Notes under the pieces: generated by a model | What the model was told of the DNA's origin: nothing | Databases searched by the model: none | Seen by the model: only the letters and a program-made list of their open reading frames with translations | DNA from: Malacoraja senta | Lineage: Eukaryota | Assembly: GCA_038087875.1 (NCBI GenBank) | Contig: CM075996.1 | Coordinates: forward strand, 9,178,001 to 9,242,000 | Length of the DNA stretch: 64,000 bases | Direction of reading: 5' to 3' | Part shown: piece by piece, positions 23,730 through 36,857 of the stretch | Layout: every line of letters starts with the position of its first letter | Numbering within the stretch: the first letter of the stretch is position 1 | Position numbers and translations under genes: made by a program

Positions 23730-24375
23730 TCCTTAACAGTGCTCCCATGAAGTGTCTGAGAGTCCCTCAGTGTCTAGTGGTGGCCGGACCTTAGACCAAG
23801 GCCACTCCCGCACAGCCTTTGCGATGACTGCGCTGAGCTTCAGTGTGTCCCTCACACCACATACTCTCACACCCTGGAATGTGCCAGTCGGCAGCAATTC
23901 ATTTACCGACATCTTATGCAGGAAGATAAATTTTTGGGCAGACCAAAGTGAGTCTTCTGCTGAGATAATGATCTTCCAGCAGCAGTTGACATTTATCTTG
24001 TTGTGCGTCCCTGTGAACAGCTGATGGATCACTGATGCTCAGGGTGAACCATGACAAGAGCCCTTGCATTCTTCTTCTGACCTTCCTGTCAAACACCCAG
24101 TGCATAAGGAGGTGAATGTTGTCCACACCACAACCATGTCAATGGCAGCGTTCAGTGGGGTGCTTTTCTGACCGAGCAGGCAGGGTCTGACTGGGAGGGC
24201 TCCTCACACTACTGTTGGTGAGTTCCTCTGTCTGCTTGGGGAGCCATCTGATGGGATCCATCGAGTCCTTCTCCCACAGTGCCTGTAGCTCGTTCCATGT
24301 TGATCACTTGTGGTCAAAGGTAGTTTTCTTCAGGAACCTTTCTGTGAAGGACAGGTAGTAAGGCAATGTCAAACT
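23730..24375 (-). mobile_element. Degenerate L1/Tx1-like LINE 3' fragment
   Basis: CWKII...DSLWSA remnants; related to 2000-2520. Confidence 0.45.
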
Positions 24376-24733
24376 GAATGGAACATTGCATAAATCTACA
24401 CCGGCCAACATATCCCAGCTACACTAGTCCCACCTGCCTGCGTTTGCCCCATATCCCTCCAAACCTCTCCTATCCATGTCAATGTACTTTAATAATTATT
24501 TATTTGAATTATTTACCTTCTATGCAGGATTATGTGATCAGGGCTCTCCATTGCTCACATTTATTAGACCTTGCTAATTCCAGATTATGGGAATGGATAA
24601 GAGGGATCATTTTGTAGGAACTGTTGAAGGGAGCATTGCCGTCTGGTTTCTGTATGTGTGTGGGCTCTGCACTCTATTGCACTCTACTGCCCCCCTTCTT
24701 ATCACACATTATTGTTATTTTTTCCTTTGGTAG

Positions 24734-24818
24734 GAAGTGAAAAGCATTGTGGAGCAAGCCTTGAAACTGTACAGTGCTGACAGGGTTGGATTGGTGGATT
24801 ATGCACTGGAATCTGCTG
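24734..24818 (+). CDS. SUN1/2-like gene exon (EVKSIVEQALKLYSADRVGLVDYALESAG)
   Basis: Canonical AL..YS.D..G..D(Y/F)ALES motif at the start of the SUN domain; GTAAGT donor; phase 0/1. Confidence 0.95.
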
Positions 24819-26711
24819 GTAAGTATCAGACAAAATCCCGGGCCAAGTAAAACTCTGAATGTAACAGACTGAAAGGGTGTTGTGTGGGCTGGCATTTTAG
24901 TCATGTTTGACTTGCTCCTGTGGAATGGGGTGTTCTTTCACACTGGGCAATATGTCCTGAATAGGCAAGTACAAATCTATGTTCACAGTACAGGTTTCCC
25001 CAGAGCTGCTGAGGTTCACACTGCTGAATGTTAATTTAACTTGTAACTGCTTGATGTTGCGCCAGCCACAACTCATTTAAAGGCCGAGCCATCGGTGGGA
25101 TGGCCTTGCCCTGGGGCACCATTGGCTATCTTCATTCTGTCCAATGCTCCACCATCCCTGCAAACACATTGGTTAATCTCTTGTGCACTCTCTCCGAAGC
25201 TTCATGTCTTTCTGAAGGCAAGGCAGCCAGGACTGGATGCACTACTCCAGCTGTGGCCAAGCCTGTGTTTTACAAAGTTCCCCATCACTTCTTTGCTCTT
25301 GTACCCTGAGCTGTTATTTATAAAGTACAGGAGTTTTTAAACAACATCCTAAACTTCCTTCTTTTAGTAAACTAGGCACATATATCACCCACGTGTGTAA
25401 GAAGGATGAGAAGGTCTGATGATGGGTCTCGACCCGAAACGTCATCCATTCCAGAGACACTTGTTTCTTCACTCCTTTTAGAATTGTGCCCTCTAGTTTA
25501 CATTGCCTTATTCCTCCTCCCAAAATGAAATATTTCACATTTGAATTACAGCTGTAACCAGCTTGTTCAAACCCTATTCTGTATTTGCCTCCAATTCCAT
25601 TAATATCCCCAGTTCACAGTATCATCTGTAAATCTGGAACTCCAAGTCATTTAATGCGTATGAAGAAAAGGTGGGTCTTATTTTGCCCTCTGGCCAATTT
25701 TACAACTTACAATTAACCTACAGACTTGTACATCTTTGGAGTGTGGGAGGAAACCAGAGCACCCGTACAACACCCGTAGTCAGGATCAAACCCAAGTCTC
25801 TGGTGCTGTCAGGCAGGAGGTCTACCGATTCGTCACTGCTGCCCTGATTTAATTGCTCCCCTCTTCTGTTGGTTAGCCAGTTTTATTCCTTGAAGCAAAG
25901 TTTAAGTTGCAGAGAAAGTGAGAACAAAATAGATAGACTGGAGACTAGGAGATATTTGAGATTAACGTCGATACCAGCTGGATCGGTGGAGATGCAACTA
26001 GTGACAGACAAATGAAATCTTAAACACCTGTAGAAGTGCAAGAAAAGACAAGCTCATGGTTTGAAATGTGGATAGAAGCTTGGTTCTTCTCAAGCTAACA
26101 TTGGACTTGATTGGAATTGTGTAGAAAGCTGAAGATCTACTTTAGGTTTCAGCCATCTGCAGAATCACCAGGATGCTGCCTGGATTAGACAGAATGCTAG
26201 AATAGAATATTAGCTATAAGGGGAGGTTGGACAAACGGAATGTTTTTGCTGGAGCGCCAGAGGCTGAGACGAGACCTGATAAAAGTATATAAAATTATGA
26301 GAGATATATAGATGGAGTAGGCAGTCTTTTCCCCAGGGTGGAAATGTCAAATACGCGAGGGCATAGAGTTAAGGTGAGAGGGGGGGGTGTTTAAAGGAGA
26401 TGTGTGAGGCAAGTTTTTATTGCACAGCTGTAGGTGTGCTGTCAGGGGAAGTGGTGGAAGCAGATATATTAGTAATCTTTAAAAAGCAGTTGGACAGATA
26501 CATGTAGTCAGGGAGTAGAGGGATGCACACCATGTCCAGTCAGATGGGATGAGTTAGGCTGACATCATGGTCGGTGCAGACACAGTGGGACAAAAGGGCC
26601 TGTTCATGCGATGTAAATAGATGTTCTACAATATATGAAATATATATGTTCTACAATATAAATTGTCCTTTCTGGTTAGTCTCTAAACTAGGTCAGATGT
26701 AATGCTATATG

Positions 26712-29660
26712 TAGCAATGTTACAACATTTTGAGATTTTAAAAATCAAGTCTGCAATTTATCCCATCAGATAAAGCATAAAAAGAAGTTTAATTTGACAC
26801 CCAATTTGTTTTCATATCTTCAGTATTAAAAAGGTTATGGCCTTTTTCATACTCTGAAATTAGCATCTTCTTCCCTATTGCTTTTCCATTGACAACACAA
26901 AAGCTGTGATTGAGGACAGTCAAAAGCCCATAACTTTCTTAAAAATAAAGAGAACTGAATGAAATTTTCAGTTATTATAGATTGAAGCATTCTGAAACAA
27001 ATATAAAACATATAAACATATAAAGCATATAATTAGTTAATTACCTAATCGTAGTTAATTACAAAATTGACCGTTGTGACGGAAATAGTAATAAACACCC
27101 AGACTGCCTTGAAAATTTAAAAATGTGATATTCTCAAGATCAGAACTTTAATATTATTGTATTATATGCTGTGAGTCCGTAACAGATAGGTAAATAAATT
27201 ACAATTTCTAGCAATAGACCAAGTCTTTATGGAGAAGATCAGTTGATAGCTGGTACATTGGCATATCATAATCAGTAGCATCATCATACTCCTCAGATTG
27301 TAACCAATAAACAACTCTGTACACCTTGTTTTTCCTCAACTTTTCAATTTTGACATTGTAAACTACGTTTTTGCTCTTCAAACCACGCATGATATGCCTT
27401 TCTGCCCACTATTTTCCCATTAAGAATGTCCTGCGATTCCATTTCTTAAGAAAAGGATTTTTTTTAATAACCTAAGTATCCAAATAACAAACTAATCCCA
27501 TTCACACAAGAATTCACAATATAACATGAGTTTTAAATCTCACTGTCATGAATTTATATGCCAGATGGAAGGAATTTAATGTTTAATTCCCATAAATTAA
27601 TCTAGAAACATCCACTCAATATAATCAAAATTATTATTTTTTTGCACAATACATGGGACTAAAACTGATATCTATCTATCTATCTATCTATTATATAAAA
27701 CTCTCTGGCTGTCGTACGTCTGTACGTCCAACGTTCTGCTTGACTTGTCCCGCCTTTGATACCGCCCCGCGCTTCTCTCCCCCACCCCGTCTTCCTCTCC
27801 CCCCCTCACCCCATCCCGAGTGTGTTTGGGGGTGGTTAGTGTGAGTTTGGGGGGTGGTTAGTGTGAGTGTGATGCCGCAGCCCACCCCCCCTCCCGCAAA
27901 CGCGCGTTGGGAAAACAGCCCGCCAACAGTCTCTCTGTCTTTAAGACGGAACTACAGATGCTGGAAAATCGAAGGTACACAAAAAAAACCTGTATATCAT
28001 CAGCGGGTGCAGCAGCATCTATGGATCGAAGTAAATAGGCAACGTTTCGGTAGAAAACCAGTCTGAGGATGGGCTTCGGCCCAAAGCGTTGCCTATTTCC
28101 TTCGCTCAATAGATGCTGCTGCACCCGCTGTGTTTCTCAAGCTTTTTTTTGTGTACCAGTCTCTCTGTCTCTCCCATCTCTCTCTCTCTCTCTCTCTCTC
28201 TGCCCTTCTCTCTTCACAGCCCGCGACTCGACTCATGCACGCCCGCTCCAACCCCCCCCTTCACCTCTCTCCCCATCCTCTCTTTCCTCTCTCCACCCCT
28301 CTCCTCTCTCCCCCTTCCTAAAGACCCTCCTCCTCCCCCTCTTCAAATTTGTTTTTTCTAACATTAAATTTTCCCTCTGCCCCAACACCTCTAGACGCAT
28401 CTGAGAGGTGAGGGCTATTCGTCAGTGGATAGGGTGGAGATGGGATAAAAGCAAATTAAAACATTAAAATAATATCAAGGGGTGTGATGAGTTTGTGTGT
28501 TTGTGGGTGCCGGATTACGTGCTTTGGAGGAAAAGGGGTGATTAGTGTGACGCCACAGCCTTCACCCCCCCCCCCCCCCACAAACGCACGTTCGGTGTCC
28601 AGACCCAACGGGTCTGCACTTGGTCTGCACTTTTAAAACTCTCTGGCTGTCGTCCGCCTGTACGTCTGTACGTCCGTACGCCGCCTTTGATACCGCCCCT
28701 GGCCCACACAGCGCGCGGAAAGGCCCATATTTTTTACCATTTCCAAAGAGATTACATTTATCTTTACGAATAGCCACTCCTGATTAAATTCGGTCCTGTT
28801 TATGTACACGTTTTTTTAATAAAATCCATCCCCCCCCCCCACCCCGTGATTTTCTCCGATTGTTTCCGATTTTCTCCGAAAATGACGCCATCTTTTTTTC
28901 CCCGATTTTCTCCGAAAACGACGCCATCTTTTTTTCGCCGATTTTCTCCGATTTTTTCGGAAAACAACGCCATCTTTTTTTCAGCAGATTTTCACCCCGG
29001 GGTCTGAAGCACGTTCGGGAAAAACACCCCGGGGTGTCAAGCACTTTCGGGAACCAGACCCAACGGGTCTGCACTTGGTCTAGTTTAGTATAAAAATATT
29101 GACTACGGATAGACAATAACACAAAATATAGACAATTTAGATGCTCTTATGACATGATTGTCCAAAAAAAAGAGCATTTAAATCATCTTGCGAGTGGGTT
29201 TTTCTGGAACACGATCGATTGGAACGATGCATTTGCGGTGAATTTGAACCCCATATCGGCAGGGAAAACACTGCCGGTTCGTATGGGGCCCAAATCACAT
29301 TTTTGCAACGTAAAATTAGATTAAAGCCATCCCAAGAAGCACGTTTATATGTAAAATAAATGACTTACCCTTTGTTTTGTCCCGTTCTTGCGATCTGTCA
29401 CGTTGTAGGCGTTGAGGGCGTTAGACGTCGCTTTTTATTTTAATCTAATTATTAAATTGTCTCGCGATTTTTTTTTTTTTTTTAATAAAAATCGGGAACG
29501 GAAGTCCGATCGATTATTCTTCAGCAGCTAGCAGCCCGAGGAAATCCGCCTCCGACAGGCAGTAGAAATCCCGCCCCCCCCCCCCCAAAGGTGCCAAAGT
29601 CGCGCACACGGCCAGTGGCAGAACTGCAGTGCCGCTGAAGGTAAGTTTTGTAACATCGGT
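26712..29660. mobile_element. hAT-like non-autonomous DNA transposon containing a nested Helitron
   Basis: Imperfect TIRs tagcaatgttacaa/ttgtaacatcggt; 8-bp target duplication GCTATATG at 26704-26711 and 29661-29668. Confidence 0.65.
27671..29083 (+). mobile_element. Non-autonomous Helitron, apparently a head-to-tail tandem
   Basis: 5' TC(TATC)n..TATATAAAAC after an A; 3' hairpin AGACCC-aac-GGGTCT (29056-29070) then CTAG|T; a second end/start junction at 28601-28690. Confidence 0.7.
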
Positions 29661-29929
29661 GCTATATGACTTTATCTAATTGAGAAAAAGAACCTGTGCA
29701 GACAGCAGTCATTTGTTACACATGTTTCCAGCTAACTGCCCACAAATAACAATATTTTTATACCTTGGTCAGCTGGTAGAAGTTTTGCTTCCATTTTATG
29801 TTACAGAAATCTTTCTCATTGTACTTAATTTTTTGCAAAAATAGCTCCTTGTATATTATAGTTGTATTGAATGGATAAAATTATGAGAGCAAGTAAATGG
29901 TTGAGATTTGGGAGGGTACTTATCCAACC

Positions 29930-29947
29930 ACTGCCACCTGGTGGCCA
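29930..29947 (-). promoter_or_regulatory. Candidate CTCF-binding motif
   Basis: Reverse complement TGGCCACCAGGTGGCAGT closely matches the vertebrate CTCF core consensus. Confidence 0.5.
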
Positions 29948-30254
29948 TTCAGCTGTGCATTTAAAGTTTCAATTGGATTCTGTGCTCCAACCTGTTGGAC
30001 ATTGTATGAAAATTATCTTTCAAGTTTACTTAAACAATTGCGATTGTAACATTAAATTATTTCTGCATTTGTGCTGGATGTGTTGAGTTCTTGGACAAAT
30101 TGGAAAGTTCTTCTTAGTGATCAGCACTCAAGCAAAAACTTTCCAATCCCTCTGCCAGAGTTTTGCAGTTCTCTGCAAACCTGCATATTTCTTGAAGGAT
30201 TCATAATTAACTTTGTCCATTCAGTGATATAATGATTATTTTTTCTCTTGTTAG

Positions 30255-30370
30255 GTGGCAGTGTGGTCCACACGCGCTGCTCAGAGACGTTAGAGACCAA
30301 GACTGCTCTTCTTAGTCTGTTTGGCTTTCCACTGTGGTACCAATCTCACTCACCCAGAGCTGTCATTCAG
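30255..30370 (+). CDS. SUN domain exon (GSVVHTRCSETLETKTALLSLFGFPLWYQSHSPRAVIQ)
   Basis: TRCSET and KASH-lid KTALLSLFG.PLWY motif; canonical splice sites; phase 1/0. Confidence 0.97.
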
Positions 30371-32096
30371 GTATATAATCCTTGTACTGCTGCTCCCTTA
30401 TGTCTTGAAAGCAGTGACCTTCGAATACTCTCCTAGCTGTAAATAGGTACAGGGACGCTATAGGTACACAACTTCAAGATTTGCTGTTGTGGGCACCACA
30501 ACTAGTGTGTGTTTTCTGCCTTCCCCGGGTTTATGTGAAACATACTCTGTCTGCATAACAGTTCCTCCCTGTCAGAAGAATGCAAGGTACTGATATATAT
30601 GTCGAAAAAAATCATGCATTGGCCCATCATGCTTGCTTGTTCAGTACCACAGTTCTGAGATATGGAATAGAAACATGGAAATTATGAACAGGAGTAAGCA
30701 ATGTGGCCCTTCAAGCCCACTCAACCCCTCAGTATGATCATGGCTGATCATCCAAATTGAAGCCCCAGTTGGGGGACTCCCCATACCTTTCTCCTGATAC
30801 CTCTTGGTCCCTCTAGCTACAAGAACAATATTTAACTCATGAGTATATTCAACAATCTGATTTCAATTGCATTCCATGATAGAGAATTCCTCTGGTTCAC
30901 CACTCTGGATGAAGAGATTTCTCCCCCTCTGAGTTCTACATGACCTCGCCTTATCCTCGCACTGTGATCCTGATCCTAAAACTCCCCAGCATCAGGAACA
31001 TCTTACCTCTAATCTTTCCAGTCCTGTTAGAACTTCTAAATTTTGTGGGTTTCTAAAAAATGATCATTCCTTCCAAACTACAGTGAATATTGACCAGATT
31101 GCTGTTCCCTCCACATCAAAAATATACTTCCTTAAGGAAACGTGGGCTCCTTCCATCTGCTTTAACCAAACTACGACGCTTTCTGTTCCCCATTCCTCTC
31201 ACCTGCATGTAGATTGCCAGTGTGTTTGTCAAATCTTCAATTGAGTTCAGATGTTTTAAATCCACTTATGGAGTCGTATAGCACAGAAACAGGCCCTTTG
31301 TGTCCAACACGTCCACGTCAACCATCAAGTACCCGTACAACTAATCCCATTTGCCAGCATTTGCCTGTAGCTTACAGAGGTGCCTAAGTCCAGAGGGTTG
31401 AGGTTTTAAAGCAAAGAAAGATTTAGAGGAAATCGGAGAAAGCATATTTTGGGTTGCATTTGATCACACTGCCCGAGACAGAGGTCCTGCTGGTTCAGGT
31501 ACTTGTCCTGAAACTTTGTAAATGGTGTGAGAGTATCTGTCTTGGGGGCAGTGTGTTAAAAATATCTCAGTAACTCCTGATCTCTGCATTAACTTAATAA
31601 TTGTCACACCATGAACCAAAAGCAGCAATGGGCTCTGCTGGAAAATTGTACGGCGTTTTCTCATTGTGCAGGGTTGAGGTAAATTGGCAGAAAAAATTGA
31701 GGGATAGACTGCAGATTCCTGCCATAGTAACCCCCACCCCAACAACCCATTCCTGTTCCCAAAATAACCCTTGACACCCGTTCTAATCAAGAATTTGTGT
31801 ATCTCTGCTTTAAAAATATCCACTGACTTGGCCTCCACATCCCTCTGTGGCAATGAAGTTCCGCCTCACCTCCTTTCTAAAAGCGCACCCTTTAATTCTG
31901 AGGCTATGACCTCTGGTCCTAGACTCTCCCACCAGTGGAATCATCCTTTCCACATCCACTCTATGCCTTTCATTATTCTGTAAGTATCCTCGTATCCTCA
32001 CGTGGATCGTGTCCAAAAATCCAAATCTTTGCTGTCCCTTTAGAAGAATCAGTGATCTGTTGAAAGAAAGGGGGCTAATTGTGGGTAGAGAATTGT

Positions 32097-32390
32097 GGGC
32101 GGCACAGTGGTACAGTTGTTGCCTTACAGCGCTTGTAGCGCCAGAGACCCCGGTTCGATCCCAACTATGGGTGCTGTCTGTACGGAGTTTGTATGTTCTC
32201 CCCGTGACCTGTGTGAGTTTTCTCCTAGATCTTCGGTTTCCTCCCACTCTCTAAAGACGTACAGATTTGTAGGTTAATTGGCTTGGTAAATGTTTTTAAA
32301 AATTGTCCCGAGTGTGTGTAGGATAATGTTAATATGCGGGGATGCGTGGGCTGAAAGGCCTGTTTCTGCACTGTATCTCTAAACTAAACT
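32097..32390 (+). mobile_element. HE1/V-SINE-type SINE, near full length
   Basis: gggcggcacagtgg...ggttcgatccc A/B boxes and (ctaaa)n tail. Confidence 0.85.
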
Positions 32391-32433
32391 GAGAATCTTT
32401 CCTAATTTGTTTTGTTCTTGTTCTCTCTTGCAG

Positions 32434-32601
32434 CCGGAGGTTCATCCTGGGAACTGTTGGGCATTTAAAGGCTCCCAAGGCTTTGTTGTCATCGAGCTTG
32501 CTGTCCGCATCAGGCCTACAGCCTTTACCCTAGAGCACATTCCAAGATCAATTTCTCTGCATGAATCCATTAGAAGTGCCCCTCAAGACTTCTCTGTTTA
32601 T
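32434..32601 (+). CDS. SUN domain exon (PEVHPGNCWAFKGSQG...TLEHIP...SAPQDFSVY)
   Basis: Diagnostic PGNCWAF, TLEH and SAP.DF motifs; canonical splice sites. Confidence 0.98.
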
Positions 32602-33731
32602 GTGAGTGAAACGTGTAGAATATGAGTGTATGTTTGGGAACCATGGTGTTTGTCTAGAGCATGCTGCTGAACATGGCAAGGCTTTCTTGGACATTGGATT
32701 CCATGTTCTGGGTCCCGAGTGGTCTCACAATCCACGTCAATAGCATTAACAAGTTCTGTTAAAAATGAGCAAATTCCATTTCACAGTCCAGAACAATAAT
32801 CCCTCAAATAGAAGGCCCTCTAATACAATCTTCAATCTTTCATGCTGCACAAGTTGCTCATACTGGTGTTTGAACTATGATTCTGGGTTTTCACTGTCTT
32901 CACTGAGTTTTGTCACTTTATTGCACAATCCTCAACACTGCTAACCACAAAAGCTTCATACAGTGACTTTACAACCAATAGATGAAATTAAAGTTAACAC
33001 TAGCCTACACATACTGCAATTCTGCTCTCTACAGCTTACCCCCTTAGTCTAGTTCAATAAAAACACTGAGTCAAACTTCCTCTACAATACCTAACCACAC
33101 CGCGGGTCCGATCCTTGTCTTTACTCGTCCAAGCCCTCTAGCCTCGTGCGAGCAGACATCTCCAGCAAGTCAGCACGGTCCCAAGTGCTCTCCCAGAAGA
33201 TCGGCTCCGATCCATGTGGTGTCCCCTTCTTTTATAGGGCATCGGACCCGTGGCGCGAAACTATATGGTGGGGGGGGGGGGGGACGATATTATCAATACT
33301 AGAAACAATTTTTATGCCAAGTGCTTTCCTGAGTGGGGGTGAACAATTCTTCACTGGTATTCTCTCAGGATTGAGGATGACGTGCTTCCACTCTAGTTCT
33401 GTGGGTATAGAGGTGCCTGATGAGGCCCCTGTGGTTGGGACACACAGATTCTACCATGGATGAGAGTTGATGCTACGCATGCAGAACATTGTTTAATTCT
33501 GTTTGATTGTGTACAGATTCACTTCATGTGCTAAATGAGGTGATGACATTTTTCCAATTGACTTTTAGGGAACTACTAGTTCTGTTTGAAATGAAATGAC
33601 TTTATATATTCAACCAAGCTTTCTTCCAGGCAAGGGTGAAAGTCCTGCTTTCACCAGGCTGGTATAATTGTTGGGGTGACTGGAGAGTAATTTTCTGTGT
33701 GCTAAGCTTGCTAATTTCTACTTGTTCACAG

Positions 33732-33824
33732 GGCTTGGATGATGAAAATCAAGCCGAAGGGGTCCTTTTGGGACAGTACACGTATAATGTGGAAGGGGAT
33801 TCAATCCAGATGTTTGAAGTGCAG
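33732..33824 (+). CDS. SUN domain exon (GLDDENQAEGVLLGQYTYNVEGDSIQMFEVQ)
   Basis: LLG.(F/Y)TY...G..IQ.F motif; canonical splice sites. Confidence 0.97.
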
Positions 33825-36743
33825 GTATGGAAGTGCATAAAGGACCATTGATTCTTTGTTGGAACTTTTCCTTCAAGCTTTTATTTTCCTTTGCCTCAAA
33901 TATTTATCTATCTTTTACAAAAATATGCTTTGCGACGTAGTAACTGTTAACCAAAATCTGGCACGTGCCAATATTTGACAGTTAGCTCACTGGTGTTTAA
34001 AACTGTGATTCTGAGTTTTGGTGCTGACTTCACCCATGTTTTAGTTTAGCTCAGAGATACAGTGCTGAAACAGGCCTTAGTCTGCACCAACCAGTGATCC
34101 CTGCACACTAACACTATCTGAGACAATAGGTGCAGGAGTAGGCCACACGGCCCTTCAAGCCATTCAATGTGATCATGGCCGATCATCCACAATCAGTACC
34201 CCGTTCCTGCCTTCTCCCCATATCCCCTGACTTCTTCAAGGGCTATCTTCAAGAGCCCTATCTAGATCTCTCTTGAAAGTTTCCACAGAACCAGCCTCCA
34301 CTGGCCTCTGAGGCAGAGAATTCCACAGACTCACAAGACACTCGAGGGACAATTTACATTAATACCAAGCCAATTAACCTACAAACCTGTATTTGGTGTG
34401 GAAGGAAACCAAAGATCTCGGAGAAAACCCACGGGTAGAATGTACAAACTCTGGAACCCGGAGTTGTAAGGCAGCAACTCTACCGCTGCGCTACCGTGCC
34501 GCCCTTTATTCACTTAAAACATTTTTGTTTCAGGCAAAGACTTTATAGAATGCCAAGCTGATTCATTCCAGTAATGGAGATCAAGGTGGCAAAGATCAAT
34601 CATTATCCAGGAGCCACCACTGAGTGAATGGATGAACTCCAGTGAAGGCAACTAAAGCTTGACATTTTGGCATGGTGCTGTTTTCATGCAGTGTCTTGAG
34701 ATCCCTTTTACTCTGGAAACTGCAGTATTTACTGTGATTGTCCCTGTTGTGCATCTGATGTGTGTCCGCATTGGTCTTTGCAGGGTGTTGTCGTTCTTTC
34801 TTCTTTTGGGGCGTTGCCACAGACGTTCAACCAAGTTGATCATGCCCAGGATACTGCGTCATAAAGAACATACTTTTTTGTGTTTCTTCCAACCATTTTT
34901 CTGCATGTCCCAGCTCATCCATTTAACCTGTCATTATCCAAAGAAGCCTCTCCTAATCCTGTTCAGCTCACACAGCCACCCTGCTTTGGTTAGCAAACTT
35001 CTATACATTTTGATCCCTTCGTCCAAATTATTAATGGGACTTAGTTGGACACTTTCTGAAATCTAAATACACACAATCTTACTCCTGCTAGTTAAACCTA
35101 AAAGAAAACCATTATCAAACATTTGTCATTGAAAATCAATCTTGACCCTACTCAGCCTATTTATTTTAAGCATCATGTTACTACTTCTGTATTAATAGAT
35201 TGCATTATTTTCCATAACTCTGAAAGGCAGATTGATCTGTAACTTTCTTTTTTTTTAATCTCGTTTCTGGAATTTGCTGCCTTCTGTTTTGTGGGGAAAG
35301 TTCTACAATTTATGGAATTTTGAAAGATGACAACCACTGTTGCTATAGCCATCTTTCAAAATATTAAGATGTGGTTTGTCCAGCCATGGGGATTTATCAT
35401 CTTTAGTTACTTTATTTCCCCAATGCTTTTTTGTTTTACTAATGCTAATTTCCCCGAGCTCCTTCATTCTGGATGTATTGTTCTCCACAACTTCTTTCTA
35501 CCTTCACAATGCAACACTGGTTAGAACCTAAGGTAGGCCCTGTACTGGCCTCTTGATCCCCAAGATCTAACCCCAATCATTCTTGTTCCTGCGCCACTGA
35601 TCTGCTAAGACTTACAATGGAGGCCCTATTGTAGATTCTTGTCAACCCCCTTCCCCCAAACTTGCTTGCAGCTGACCCTTCTCAACTGAACAGATTTGTA
35701 GCCCCCTTCAGTAATGCTCATGGGTCTTGGCTGTAAGATCTGACCCAAGGGATCAGATGGACTGTCAGTAAGTTCTCTCACATGTGTCCTTCCTGAAGAT
35801 TAAATATGTTGGATAGTATGTCAGGAGTTTGTGATTTGCAAATAGCACATTGTGTAAGAAGGAAACGCTGATGCTGCAGATGCTTTACACCGAAGATGAA
35901 CATAAAATGGAGGAGTAACTCAGTGGGACAGGAAGCATCTTTGGAGAGAAGGAATGGGAGGCGTTTCGGGTCGAGACCGTTCTTTAGACTCGTATTATCA
36001 ACTGGAACTAATGACGTTGAAATTAAAAATTGCAAATCTGCAGGTGATGGAGGACTGAAACACAATGCTAGAAATACTCGGGTCAGGCAGCAGGTGTGCA
36101 GAGATACTTTTTTAATTGACCATTCATGCAATCTGGTCAAGGATAAACATGTTTTCTGGTGCAAAGATAGGGAAACCGAGGAGAGCTGGACCAGTGGCTG
36201 ATCTACTTGAAGCATCTACAAGTTTCAAACTTGCTAAACCAATCCAGATTACAGATTGTAGAAACAAGAATCTGCAGATACTGGTTTACCAAGGAACGAC
36301 GCAAAATGCTGGAATAACTCAGCAGGTCAGGCAGGTCCAGGAATGCTGCCTGACCCACTGAGTTACTCCAGCATTTTATCTTTCCAGAAAGAAGTTTATC
36401 TTTCATGGCCACTTTATTCACATTTGTCAGTTGCCGCAAAGCAAGCCTGTGTAAGTAAGCATGTTCTCTCCCATCCATGATGCTACAAAAGCTGTTGCTC
36501 CTAGTATTTCCTGCTAATTTGAGTTCCATGTTCTTCTCATACTTTCTGTAAAACATCTACCTTTTCCATGATAAAATGCTTGTTATCAATGCTGTATGTA
36601 ATTGAATAGAATGTCCTGAAATCCACGATCAGCAGGATGTTTTAAGTCTGGTTTGTAGCTAATCCATTTTCTCTCCTGCCTACATTACTTTCATACTGAA
36701 GCACAGGTTCCCTGATCTGTCGTCATGTTTTTTTACTTTGTAG

Positions 36744-36857
36744 AATAAAGATGCTACAGCATACAAAAGTCATTGAACTGCGGGTGAATAGCAATGGGGT
36801 CATCCTGAATACACTTGCATCTACCGGTTCCGTGTCCACGGAGAACCAGCGATGTGA
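36744..36857 (+). CDS. SUN1/2-like gene last coding exon (NKDATAYK-VIELRVNSN-WGHPEYTCIYRFRVHGEPAM*), with +1 and -1 indels in this sequence
   Basis: WGHPEYTCIYRFRVHG is the conserved SUN C-terminus (SUN2-leaning residues); stop TGA at 36855-36857. Confidence 0.93.

Noticed and set aside
27208..27390. 60-aa minus-strand ORF inside the hAT-like element as a host exon
   Set aside because: It lies within transposon boundaries, antisense to SUN, with no recognisable domain; at most a transposon coding remnant
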